DNA of 64,000 nucleotides from an uncultured Gammaproteobacteria bacterium (GTDB lineage: Bacteria > Pseudomonadota > Gammaproteobacteria > JAURND01). The notes below the pieces were generated by a model that saw nothing but the letters and a program-made list of their open reading frames with translations, was not told where the DNA came from and ran no database searches. Position numbers and translations under genes: made by a program. The stretch is from the NCBI GenBank assembly GCA_963714975.1, contig CAVQQD010000003.1, positions 576,001 to 640,000 of the forward strand, read 5' to 3'. Positions within the stretch are counted from its first letter, which is position 1; the number at the start of each line of letters is the position of its first letter. Shown here in pieces: positions 19,339-29,014 of this stretch.

Positions 19339-22038
19339 CTATTCTTTACTAACTGCTTCCTGGATACATTCAAAAGTACGGATTATTTGTTTTTTTAGAT
19401 CGAGATTATGATTTAATTTTTCCATTATAGTTTTATCTTTACTCATTCTCTCAACCAACTTCTCCAGTTGATTCTGCTGATGCACATGCCCTCGTTGGCC
19501 TTTGGTATGCTGACATTGTTCTTGCAACCTGTTATATTCCTGAACCATCTTTTGGTATTTTTGCTCCTGAGCACTTAATGGCTGAGAATTCACATTGGGC
19601 TGCAATACCTGCCACCGCCCCCTAATGCTTTGACTCACAGAGGCCAGCCTAGCCGCTAAATGTCTGCCAACTTTTTGTGCCATATAGCTTACCTCAATTC
19701 CTCGACGTTTTGCAAAAGCTAACGGATAATCCAGCGCACTATCTTTTAAGGCCGAACGACCTAGATTGCGTTTCAGTTGCTTAAAATCAGTATGGGTTTC
19801 TTGACTTAAATAGAGATGACAATTCTCCCTATGTCGACTCATAGCTACATAAGTAAGATGCCGATTCCAATATTTTCCGCCAACATAAGCAAACGTATTA
19901 TCGACAGTTACTCCCTGGACTTTGTGAATTGTGGCGGCATATCCATGGGTAAAATCGGTATAGGCTTGAGGATTGAAGATAATATCATTAAGCTTACCAT
20001 CTAACCGTACCTTGATTTCACTCACATTACCGCCTTCAGTAAATTTGATGGCTTGTACTGTGGCTAATCGACCATTACTCACACCCAAACCTCGATCATT
20101 TTTTAAAAATAATATTCTATCGCCTACCGTAATTTGCATTGTCCCACGGGTAGTTTGCACTGAATATCCTTCCGTGATTTCGCCTTGGTTGATACGGGTT
20201 TGGCGGATAGTTTGATTGAGCATCATCACGTCGTCATTGCGATGCGCTAAAACTAGTAACTGTCGGATATCGTTCGACTTAGTTTGCTGAGCGATCCAAT
20301 CCTGGACGAGCTGTTGCATTGCTTGTGAAGCAGTGGCATGGGTATGGATACATTGATGCTGTTGGTAAGCATCCAGCGCTTTGCTTACCTTGCCAGTCGA
20401 CAAATTATGCGTTGCGGTTCTCTGCCAAGCTTGCTGTTGGCGATAAACGGTTTGCAATTCAGCAAATCCCACGCGTTCTAATAAAGCACGAAAACTGGCT
20501 CCGGGTCCTACGGGTTGTAGTTGTTGGGGATCACCCACTAATACTAATTTCGCACCAGCTTGCTGCACCGCTTTGATCACCCCATGCATCGTGCGCACAT
20601 CGGTCATCCCCGCCTCATCCATGACCACCACATCATTTTTCTGCATTTGCAATGTGCCATATTGCAAGGCGGATAAAAAAGAATGAATGGTGCGGCTGGG
20701 AATGCCCACGTCTTTGGCCAGACCATCAGCAGCAATTCCTGATAAAGCTACTCCCTGCACCCGTGATCCTTGGGCTTGCCAAATTTCTTTAGCGGCAGTT
20801 AATGAATAACTCTTCCCTGTACCAGCACGACCGACCAAACACGCTATAGCTTTGGGTGCAACCAAATGCAAAATGGCTTGGCGCTGTTCTTCAGTGAGCC
20901 GTGTATGCTTGGCTAAAATTTTCTCAGCTCGGGTACATAGTTGATGAGCAGTTTTACGCAAACGATCAGCAGCGCGTTGGATTTCATTTTCTAAGCGGAA
21001 TAGATCACGGGTCGTGAAGCGATCACGACCATCTTCACCATGTCCCAAATGTAATAACTCAGGAGAATTTCGTACTTGCCATAATGCTTTGGTAAATAAT
21101 TCAGCATTTTCAATATCTTTCGACAGTGCCTTGGCAATATCTCGTTCAGTAAAGACTGCTTCATGATGGGTGATTTTCTGGAGTACCTCGGTAATTTTCT
21201 GAATACTGAATTTTTGCTTATCGCCCGCATATAATCCCAAGGCTTTACCAAGGTACTCTGTAGAAAAAGTCTCAACTTGGCTTGCTAATTTTTCCAACAA
21301 AATTCGTGGATTAGTTAGAATGCGTTTTAAATTTTCACGATCTGCTGTCGCTGATTCTTGCATAATTTCTGTGTTAATACCGCGCTGTTGCATTTCTGTC
21401 GCTGCTCGCCCACGATGGGTGGTTGGTAGCAAATCAATGCCTTGATCTTTATAGGATCGATGATCAATGCGTACTTCATGCTGATGCATACGCAAGTGAA
21501 AATTGACATACTCTGCCCATTGCTCACGCCAGGTATTCAGTAAAGTTTTATTATTCCAATCTCGATTTTTGCCACCAAAACCAGTATTCGTTAATTCACG
21601 CATGGTGAGCATCACATGCACATGGGGATTATTTTCTTCCCAATGTACGCTCCAATCCACCACCATACCGCGCAATACAAATTGATCGTGAATATATTCA
21701 CGCGCTAAATTAATTGCTTGTGCCTGGTTTAATTCAATGGGCAAAGCAAATTCAATTTCACGCGCTACTTGCGCATCAACTCGTTTTTCACCAGCTTCTA
21801 CCAAATTCCACAACTGCTCAGCAGCATTATCGGATTGCACCATGTCTCGCAACCAAATAGGAGCATTCTCGGGAATACTAATAGCGCTCGAAATAACATT
21901 GGGCTTTTTACGATAATCTTGCACCTTGGCTAAACGTTGATCGTACATTTTAGCCGCACGACGATAGGCGCTGCTGGCCACAGCGCTTTGGCCTTTTTTG
22001 CGTGAGATCGTTTTTACGGTGAAGTGAAATAGTGCCAT
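19339..22038 (-). CDS. traA: Ti-type conjugative relaxase-helicase TraA (MobA/MobL plus RecD-like)
   Basis: SAVASSAYR, REIEFALP.EL, NPHVHVML, IDHRSY; GRAGTGKS, DEAGM, GYAATIHKVQGVT, YVAMSRHR. Confidence 0.95.
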   Translation of the reverse strand: MALFHFTVKTISRKKGQSAVASSAYRRAAKMYDQRLAKVQDYRKKPNVISSAISIPENAPIWLRDMVQSDNAAEQLWNLVEAGEKRVDAQVAREIEFALPIELNQAQAINLAREYIHDQFVLRGMVVDWSVHWEENNPHVHVMLTMRELTNTGFGGKNRDWNNKTLLNTWREQWAEYVNFHLRMHQHEVRIDHRSYKDQGIDLLPTTHRGRAATEMQQRGINTEIMQESATADRENLKRILTNPRILLEKLASQVETFSTEYLGKALGLYAGDKQKFSIQKITEVLQKITHHEAVFTERDIAKALSKDIENAELFTKALWQVRNSPELLHLGHGEDGRDRFTTRDLFRLENEIQRAADRLRKTAHQLCTRAEKILAKHTRLTEEQRQAILHLVAPKAIACLVGRAGTGKSYSLTAAKEIWQAQGSRVQGVALSGIAADGLAKDVGIPSRTIHSFLSALQYGTLQMQKNDVVVMDEAGMTDVRTMHGVIKAVQQAGAKLVLVGDPQQLQPVGPGASFRALLERVGFAELQTVYRQQQAWQRTATHNLSTGKVSKALDAYQQHQCIHTHATASQAMQQLVQDWIAQQTKSNDIRQLLVLAHRNDDVMMLNQTIRQTRINQGEITEGYSVQTTRGTMQITVGDRILFLKNDRGLGVSNGRLATVQAIKFTEGGNVSEIKVRLDGKLNDIIFNPQAYTDFTHGYAATIHKVQGVTVDNTFAYVGGKYWNRHLTYVAMSRHRENCHLYLSQETHTDFKQLKRNLGRSALKDSALDYPLAFAKRRGIEVSYMAQKVGRHLAARLASVSQSIRGRWQVLQPNVNSQPLSAQEQKYQKMVQEYNRLQEQCQHTKGQRGHVHQQNQLEKLVERMSKDKTIMEKLNHNLDLKKQIIRTFECIQEAVSKE

Positions 22039-22059
22039 CGTTCCTTGCCTGTTAGCACC

Positions 22060-22090
22060 ACATTGCCGCGCAATGTATAAGTGCGCATTT
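22060..22090 (+). promoter_or_regulatory. Candidate MOBQ-type oriT
   Basis: Inverted repeat ACATTGC-CGC-GCAATGT followed by ATAAGTGCG/CATTT, like the RSF1010/Ti nic motif TAA(G/T)TGCG/CCCT; lies between divergent traA and traC/D. Confidence 0.75.
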
Positions 22091-22257
22091 CAAAAAAATG
22101 ACGTTCGGTGTGATACGAATTGATTATAACCACTAGTTTTATGAAAAGAGCATTTTGCACGAAATCTCAACATAAATTGATTTCAAATGGATTAGGATAA
22201 GCCTACTTAACTGGGAATTCTGGCTGTCCAGGACAATACATTTTTACGGAGAAAGAT

Positions 22258-22569
22258 ATGAGAAACTATAGCGACAAATTGACGCAATTAATTTCCAAAA
22301 CCAAAGCCTTGGAAACCAAGAAAGAAAATCTTATTACTAAACGGAAAAATGAAATCGCCCTGTTAGCAGCCAATTATGAATTGCTCACTGTTCCAGATAC
22401 TATTCTGCAAGGTGCATTTTCTGAAATTTCTGAGGCGATGAAATTAAAATCACCTAAAATAAAGCAATGGGAGGCTATTGGTTTAAAAACCGCCTCCTTT
22501 TCCCAACAGCTCAACTCAGCCACTAAAGAAAATCCAAATTCAATTATTACGTCTCCAGCAAAAATATAA
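22258..22569 (+). CDS. TraC/TraD-like conjugal accessory protein
   Basis: Coiled coil plus ILQGAF...KQWEAIG; divergent from traA, upstream of traD. Confidence 0.6.
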   Translation: MRNYSDKLTQLISKTKALETKKENLITKRKNEIALLAANYELLTVPDTILQGAFSEISEAMKLKSPKIKQWEAIGLKTASFSQQLNSATKENPNSIITSPAKI

Positions 22570-22576
22570 TCGACTC

Positions 22577-22807
22577 ATGCTGCAACAACGCAAACAAGAA
22601 ACTCGTCGCAAGATTCAATTAGGTGGCTTGATAGTCAAAGCCGGCTTGCAGGATGAATCAACGGCCGTGCTGTATGGACTATTATTAGAAGCTGCAGAAT
22701 TATTGGAAAGTTCCAATGCATCTAAAACTCGCCAACGTTGGCACATTAGCGGAGATGTGGCTTTCAGCTTAGAGAATAAAAAAATAAATAGGGTATTGCA
22801 TTATTAA
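22577..22807 (+). CDS. traD: Ti-type conjugal transfer protein TraD
   Basis: RKQETRRKIQLGGLIVKAGL...LYGLLL...W...G. Confidence 0.9.
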   Translation: MLQQRKQETRRKIQLGGLIVKAGLQDESTAVLYGLLLEAAELLESSNASKTRQRWHISGDVAFSLENKKINRVLHY

Positions 22808-23184
22808 GAAAGTCTGAGGATAATGTCACTGCGGATATGACAGGTAGTTCACACCTGCCATACCCTGGCCACAACAAAAATCTAAATTGGAGATTTTCAT
22901 CATGGTTGCAACCATTTTAGCTTATCGTGTGTTCGCGCAAAACAGCTTTTTGCACTTTCTCACTCCACTTAAACTATTATTTTGCCTTGTTCAGGCAAAT
23001 TTAAGGGCTATTTCATTTAAATCCTCGCAGACCATGATGGGTTGTGGTGTGGGATAGCTTTTGGGGATGGTTTGGGCAGTGAGGAATTGCGAAAGGCTGG
23101 GTAGTAGAATGGTAGGGGTGGTTATAGTGGAGCAGCGGGCTCCGCTGCTCTGCTCTAATCTTTAAGCCTCTACCATTCCTACCC
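22796..23184 (+). ncRNA. Structured leader/sORF element, copy A (51-aa ORF at 22902-23057)
   Basis: Collinear homology to 63533-63908: promoter, two leader hairpins, sORF and 3' hairpin. Confidence 0.6.
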
Positions 23185-23262
23185 ACGAACGCATATGTCT
23201 GATGATTTCCAATTTCTGTTGTGTTGCACATTCACTTTCTTATAACAACACAGGAGCATTCT

Positions 23263-23688
23263 ATGAATAAAACTGAAAAAACTACTCCCATCGCACGAAT
23301 TTTATTAGTTGAAGACAATTTAATGTGCGGAAAGGCACAAAAGGGATTGTTGGAGTCTGAGCATTGTCAGGTAAATCTAGCCACTACCGCGGGCGATGCC
23401 TTAGGTAAAATTGAAAAAGGAAATCTCTATGATTTCGCGGTGATTGACCTTGGTCTTCCGGATCTGAGTGGCTTAGCATTAGCGCGAATTATTCGCAGGT
23501 TCCCTGATAAAATTAGCACGCTACCTATTATCATTTTAACCGCACATGGCACTGAAGCACATAAAAAAGAAGCTCGGGAGATTGGCTGTAATGGTTTTTT
23601 ATTTAAGCCACTGCTCGGAGAAGGATGTGAGGAATTGGTTAAGCATTTTGTACTATCCTACGATCAAGATTATTTTATGGAAAACTAA
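23263..23688 (+). CDS. Single-domain response regulator (CheY-like)
   Basis: ILLVEDN, IDLGLPDLSG, PIIILTA, FKP. Confidence 0.92.
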   Translation: MNKTEKTTPIARILLVEDNLMCGKAQKGLLESEHCQVNLATTAGDALGKIEKGNLYDFAVIDLGLPDLSGLALARIIRRFPDKISTLPIIILTAHGTEAHKKEAREIGCNGFLFKPLLGEGCEELVKHFVLSYDQDYFMEN

Positions 23689-23689
23689 T

Positions 23690-24109
23690 ATGAACCATCA
23701 TGTACTCAAGATCCCTTTTAAACCAGCAGACATTGCACAGCTTGTTGAGTTATTTGGGAAAACCTTTCAATATTATTGCCATCACCCTGGAAAAATTTCC
23801 AGGGTTGATGCGCAGGGATTTCTAACTCACCTCAACACTGTAGTAGGCCTCAGTTTGACGACGATATTGGCACAACAAGATTTAATTGCAGTAATTAGAA
23901 AATTAGTCAATCGCTACTTGCGTTATTATCCTTTTTATCAACATCCCAAAAAATCTAAATTATTAGCATCGACCGTAGTAGACCTAGTCTGTTGTGGTAC
24001 CGATCTATTACAGGATATTGGCAAAGCTTATTATGGTCATGACCTTCTCAGAGCACTAGAGCAATGCATCATGCATATGAAAATTATAATTTTAGCATCT
24101 GTGCAATAG
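23690..24109 (+). CDS. Hypothetical protein
   Basis: ATG directly after the response regulator stop; no motif recognised. Confidence 0.45.
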   Translation: MNHHVLKIPFKPADIAQLVELFGKTFQYYCHHPGKISRVDAQGFLTHLNTVVGLSLTTILAQQDLIAVIRKLVNRYLRYYPFYQHPKKSKLLASTVVDLVCCGTDLLQDIGKAYYGHDLLRALEQCIMHMKIIILASVQ

Positions 24110-24400
24110 TGGGAATTGATAGTGGCTTTGTAGCCACTGCTGCTATACCGAGGTCCAGAAGCTGCCTCAGATGATGGCGAGAAATGCACTGCATTTCAGC
24201 TAAAATAATAACCTTCCTCCAAGCGCCATTGCAAAAAATTTCTTTTAGTATTTCTACACAATTCATGTCAGGAAAATTCATATCCATCAGAATTAATTAT
24301 ACTTACCTTGGCGAATTTTTTGTTGAACTTCGTACCCATTTTTTACGACATCCACCTGGAAGCCTAAAGATTCAAACAATGATTTATGAAAAAATTCTAG
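24084..24400 (-). pseudogene. Degraded response-regulator receiver domain
   Basis: LILMDMNFPDMNCVEIL...VIIL...ATKPL; N-terminus broken. Confidence 0.5.
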
Positions 24401-24468
24401 AACATTACTATTTTCAGCTAATAACACCCTGGGCCTGCAAGCAACCCCCTGTAAAGCACTCACTGGAA

Positions 24469-24768
24469 TTAAGCAGCCACATGCAAGGGTTCTAGCTGGG
24501 ATGATCTTAATCCTGATTGCATTTTTTCAATATCGCGTTGAAAGCATTTTACAATAGTTTCCACCGCACTAATTTCATCTTGTGATGGGTAAGTATTACC
24601 CATTTTCTCAAGAATTCTAAGAGCCACACAAGTCAAATATAAGGATTTACTCATGGCGGGATCTTTCGGTTCTTCTTTAATAACACCCAGGTAATTATTC
24701 CATAGGATGTTATGTAGAGCAGCCTGAAAAGCGTTATTTTGCTTAATCAAATACATTTTTTGCGACAT
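24469..24768 (-). CDS. Hypothetical protein
   Basis: ATG after GGAGG; 99 aa. Confidence 0.55.
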   Translation of the reverse strand: MSQKMYLIKQNNAFQAALHNILWNNYLGVIKEEPKDPAMSKSLYLTCVALRILEKMGNTYPSQDEISAVETIVKCFQRDIEKMQSGLRSSQLEPLHVAA

Positions 24769-24867
24769 GTTGCACCTCCTAAGATTAGCTATTTATGTTA
24801 AGGTTATTTTAAACTTAACACTAATCTTTAAAAGGGCTTAGAAAGTACAGTGAATTACCCCAGTAAT

Positions 24868-25797
24868 TTACTGGAGTAAAAATGCAAAAACCTTAGAACC
24901 AGGGACTTTTGCTCGAATTACATAATAGTCAATCAAGCCTCCATGATAAGCTTTTAACCAAATTCTAGACCACATTTTAGGGACCACCTGGTTTAACCAG
25001 GCATCAATCCCTCCCCAAACGAATTCACCGATACTATCAATTTGAATATCTTCAAAATGGCTTTTTTCTAAAACTGTCTTAACTTCTTCTATGGTAAAAT
25101 CGCTCATATGAACGTAAAAATCAGGAATAATAAGCTTGAGCTTATTAACACTTGCCTCATCTTTGGCAAAAAACGTCGTAATTATAAATTGTCCATTCGG
25201 GTTTAGTACACGATAAGCTTCAGATACAAAATTTGGAATTGAGCTGAAATGATGGGCTGCTTCGATTGAAAATGCATGAGAAAAGGAATTATCAGGAAAA
25301 GGCATCTGTTCGGCATTGCCTATGAAAAATTTTAAATTTGGAGATGATTTCAAAATCTCAGCATGTGTTATCAAAGACCTTGCTATCTGTTCTTTAGTAG
25401 CATCTAACCCACAAACTTTTCTCACCTTATATTTTTTTGCAAGTAATACGCAACCATAACCTTGTCCACTTCCCATTTCAAGCGCTTCACTAGCGCTATT
25501 TAAAGACAAAGAATCTAATACGTAATGGTACAAGTTTTCTGAACTTAAGATTCTATCCTCTATGCTTATTTTTTTCCCCTGAAAATCAATTCCTTTCCAA
25601 AGTCCAAAATTAATATACCCTCCAGAAAACATCGGGAATTTAGCCAAATCACTGCTACTGTACATGTTTTCCGTGGTGGGTGGATTTATATTTAGGTGAT
25701 CAACACTTACTCTAGAGTTTTTATCAATTAAGGCGGGTTTTACTGTATCTAAATTTCCAGCACCCAAGTAATGCAATATTTCTTCTGTTGTTTGCAT
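24868..25797 (-). CDS. Class I SAM methyltransferase (sterol/tocopherol/secondary-metabolite type)
   Basis: YINFGLW, LEMGSGQG, AEQMPFPDNSFS...SIEAAHHF, EAYRVLNPNG. Confidence 0.88.
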   Translation of the reverse strand: MQTTEEILHYLGAGNLDTVKPALIDKNSRVSVDHLNINPPTTENMYSSSDLAKFPMFSGGYINFGLWKGIDFQGKKISIEDRILSSENLYHYVLDSLSLNSASEALEMGSGQGYGCVLLAKKYKVRKVCGLDATKEQIARSLITHAEILKSSPNLKFFIGNAEQMPFPDNSFSHAFSIEAAHHFSSIPNFVSEAYRVLNPNGQFIITTFFAKDEASVNKLKLIIPDFYVHMSDFTIEEVKTVLEKSHFEDIQIDSIGEFVWGGIDAWLNQVVPKMWSRIWLKAYHGGLIDYYVIRAKVPGSKVFAFLLQ

Positions 25798-26143
25798 AAA
25801 ATTACCTCTTTTTTATATTTTGTAAATCATAAAATTCTCCTAAATCCATAATCAAATGAAATGTTCCCAACGAAATCCTGTAATGATATGATGCAGGCAG
25901 CTTTTGAAAATGTCATTAAGCGCATAATATTTTTTATGGATACCACATTCAATCTTTTAAACAACAGTGATCTTGCTAAAAGCGAAATAGTTACTTGGGC
26001 ACAAGTTAGAGATTTGGTGAACGCGGCAAATCCAAGCTTGGCAGAAATAATTGATGAGCTTAAACCTTCGGTAAAGCACACACTAATCTTTGCCAGCTAT
26101 CCTTTTGGTAGCAATATCTTTGATAAAGGTGAACTGTATATTC

Positions 26144-27693
26144 CAATGGCACTACCTTAAGCCACAGAATATTTTAAAATCCTTTTATTTATTTTACGTA
26201 GCAATTTTTCTTTTTCGATTGCTCTGTTTCTCTTCAAGGCTGGAAATGGTTTCGGTCTTTGCTTGACTAGCCTGGGCTCCACCCTATCTGGTCTATTTCC
26301 AACTTTGTTTTGCACAATTAATTTTAACATCTCAATATACATTTTATGGTTGCTCACCTGATTTGAGCTTATAAAATAAGGAATAAATTCATTTAGTAGC
26401 TGCACACTTCCCTTAAAGCTTATTTCCCATGGATTAACGCCATACTCATAACAAGCTTTTGCTATAATTATTCTGATAAAATTATATGCTAATAAATGAA
26501 TTCCTATTTCTTTTCTAACCATTTCTGGTGTTTTGCACGATAACATATCCATATTCATGATACTTTTAATACTTCGCAAATTAAGCTCCACCTCCCACCT
26601 TCGCTTATATATTTGGGCAAGCTCTGCTTTGTGGTATTTTTTGTCTAAAAATGTTGTAACGTATATGTGGCCTGATACTTTAAATTCCCGTATGGAAATT
26701 TGATCGGGGTATGCCTCATATTGCTTTTGTGTCATCCATTCCGGTTTCTGTGGTTTCTCCCAGTTGACAATGTGATCATTTTTACCCAATTTTTGTCCCA
26801 TTCTAAAATCATAATTCCTTTGACTTTGTCCGCGAAAAACACCATCAGCTCCTATTTTTTTTAAGTCCGCCATAAGAAAAAAATTGGGGTAATAACGGTC
26901 ACCCAGCACAATATCGTCGGCTTTAATGCAGTTTATAATTTCTCTTAATAATGAGATTTCTCCTGTGCCCTTTCCTTTGTGAGCCCCTATTGCATAATCT
27001 ATTACGGTTCCCCGCGTCAGTGACATAACGGCTACTATTCGCGCCATAGGAAATCCAGCCCCTTTTTTCTGATTACCATGCTGAGGAAATTTTTTTTGAT
27101 TAGCTTTTGTATCCGACATTTTGACGGTAGATCCATCAAATGCTTTTAATTCTCGGCCATAGACTTTCCATCTCATTGGAATAGATTTCAAAGGGAAAGC
27201 TCCAGATTCTTTAACTAATGCCTTCACAGTATCTTCAGGCAATCGCTTTCTGGCCTTACAATAGGGGCCAGTATTTGAGCTTATTTTATTCTGCTTCTTT
27301 TTTTTACTATGCAGCTGCTCCACAACAACACCAGCAACCGCTTTTTTGCAGGATTTATCTGGATTTAAAACTTGTTTAATAAACGTAAATAAGGTTTTGG
27401 TGGGGCTATATATCCGGTCACGATATTCCCGGCACTCTCTAAGTATCTTCTGACATTTTTCTGAATTCAATAGGTTTAACAGGAAAATGTCTGGTACACC
27501 ATCAGCCAATTCTTGTCTTTTATTTTTAACTTGCTTAATTTTATTTTTCTTTTTAAAATTCACAGATCAGTTTCCTTTTTTTATTATTGTGTGTTTGCTA
27601 CAACAATAATATTAAATTTGGAAACTGATTTCATCTTTTTTCATCTAAATCATAGGCTTATATTCATCTTTGCTCCTTAAGGTAGTGCCATTG
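26144..27693 (-). mobile_element. IS4-family insertion sequence (1550 bp)
   Basis: 18-bp perfect IRs CAATGGCACTACCTTAAG; 10-bp TSD CTGTATATTC at 26134-26143 and 27694-27703. Confidence 0.95.
26157..27563 (-). CDS. IS4-family DDE transposase
   Basis: YCKARKRL, FDGS, GDRYY, YKRRWEVELNLRSIK (YREK motif). Confidence 0.95.
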   Translation of the reverse strand: MNFKKKNKIKQVKNKRQELADGVPDIFLLNLLNSEKCQKILRECREYRDRIYSPTKTLFTFIKQVLNPDKSCKKAVAGVVVEQLHSKKKKQNKISSNTGPYCKARKRLPEDTVKALVKESGAFPLKSIPMRWKVYGRELKAFDGSTVKMSDTKANQKKFPQHGNQKKGAGFPMARIVAVMSLTRGTVIDYAIGAHKGKGTGEISLLREIINCIKADDIVLGDRYYPNFFLMADLKKIGADGVFRGQSQRNYDFRMGQKLGKNDHIVNWEKPQKPEWMTQKQYEAYPDQISIREFKVSGHIYVTTFLDKKYHKAELAQIYKRRWEVELNLRSIKSIMNMDMLSCKTPEMVRKEIGIHLLAYNFIRIIIAKACYEYGVNPWEISFKGSVQLLNEFIPYFISSNQVSNHKMYIEMLKLIVQNKVGNRPDRVEPRLVKQRPKPFPALKRNRAIEKEKLLRKINKRILKYSVA

Positions 27694-29014
27694 CTGTATA
27701 TTCCTGATCAAACGGGTCAATTATCCGTACTTAAAAGCCATAACATTCCAGCTGAAATAAGAGATCAATTAAGTTATAGCTTTTCTCCAATTGCTACTAT
27801 TTTGAATAAATCAATAGAAATATACGTGGAAACCCCAGAGCATCGTACTATTCCCTTCAAATTATTTGGACCAGGCACGACTATAGGGGTGTGGGATATT
27901 ATGACGCATCCCCTAGTTTCTTTACGACAAGCCTGGTCTTGGAGTGTCACTGCGGGTGCGCGTACTCTTTTCATGCTTCCTAAAATTATGGATACAGCAA
28001 ATCATGTCAAACTGCAAAGAGCCTACCGAATTCACACCCATGTACCTCGAACTATATTTGAGCAAGGCAAAATTTTTGCCCAAATTTATAAAAATAAAGC
28101 CTCCGAAAACCCATGGCATACTCACATACTATTTTTTTCCAAGAAATGGCTAGAACCACACCCTAAAAATATTGGTTGGATTAAATTGAAAGAATATTGG
28201 GCTCAAGAAGCATGGACCCAAATGCTATATTGGTCTAATAAAATGATTTTAGACTTTAACTGGGAACTTTATATCGCAGAGTTGACCAAAAGAAAAATTA
28301 AACTAAAACCTTATCTTCTCGATACCGTTAAACATCTCATTTCCATTGGCTGCGGAGTAATCCCAGGGTTTAGGCCAGCCGACACAAGCGAACAAGTTGC
28401 GCCGACACATTTAATCCAAAAAGCTTATATTAATGACTATCGACTAAAAACCTATGCGCCTATCCTCATGCACCCCGATTTTTTAACTCCAACTGGCGCT
28501 ACCAAATTGGTTTACTATTCGCTGCAAGCGCCAACCTTACCTGAACAACCATTTGAATTTGAAATATTTTCCAGTGTTGTTAAGATTATTCGTGAACTTA
28601 AGGATTATATGGATATTTTTTTAGTAGTGATGAAAAAATTACCAAAAATTAATAACAGAGCACTGGACTTAATAGAAAGCGTCCATTTTGATTATTTTCA
28701 TACTGAAAGGGACGAATATAATACTATTAAATATTCCGCAGATATGGTTAAATTGGATCCATCTTTAACCAATTGTTCGAAAGAATTTGGCAATCGTCAA
28801 TTTCCTGAGAATGCCCCTTTTTTTAAAGGGTGTGTTCGTATTTCGATTAACGATTCAGAAAATAAAGATGGGTAATTAACCTAAGATTTTTTATTCAAGT
28901 TATACATCTATCTACATATCAAATTAGTTTTTGTCCCATGTATTGGGCATATCTTAGGAAAGGCAATTCACCAAAGGAGCAGAGAATAATAAAACGACCT
29001 TGAGGTAACGGGTT

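Larger units (their letters stand above)
25936..28875 (+). pseudogene. ~459-aa protein with a divergent cNMP-binding-like N-terminal domain, interrupted by IS4
   Basis: Removing 26144-27703 restores one frame: ...FDKGELYIP|DQTGQL... Confidence 0.75.

Noticed and set aside
19251-19373. Extended N-terminus of the ORF-track call 18264-19373
   Set aside because: Overlaps the traA end; the ATG at 19250 has a GGGAG RBS and fits better.
24797-24812. PmrA-like box (TTAA-N2-TT-N2-tTTAA); similar at about 54921
   Set aside because: Partial matches in very AT-rich DNA, not distinguishable from chance without a PWM scan.
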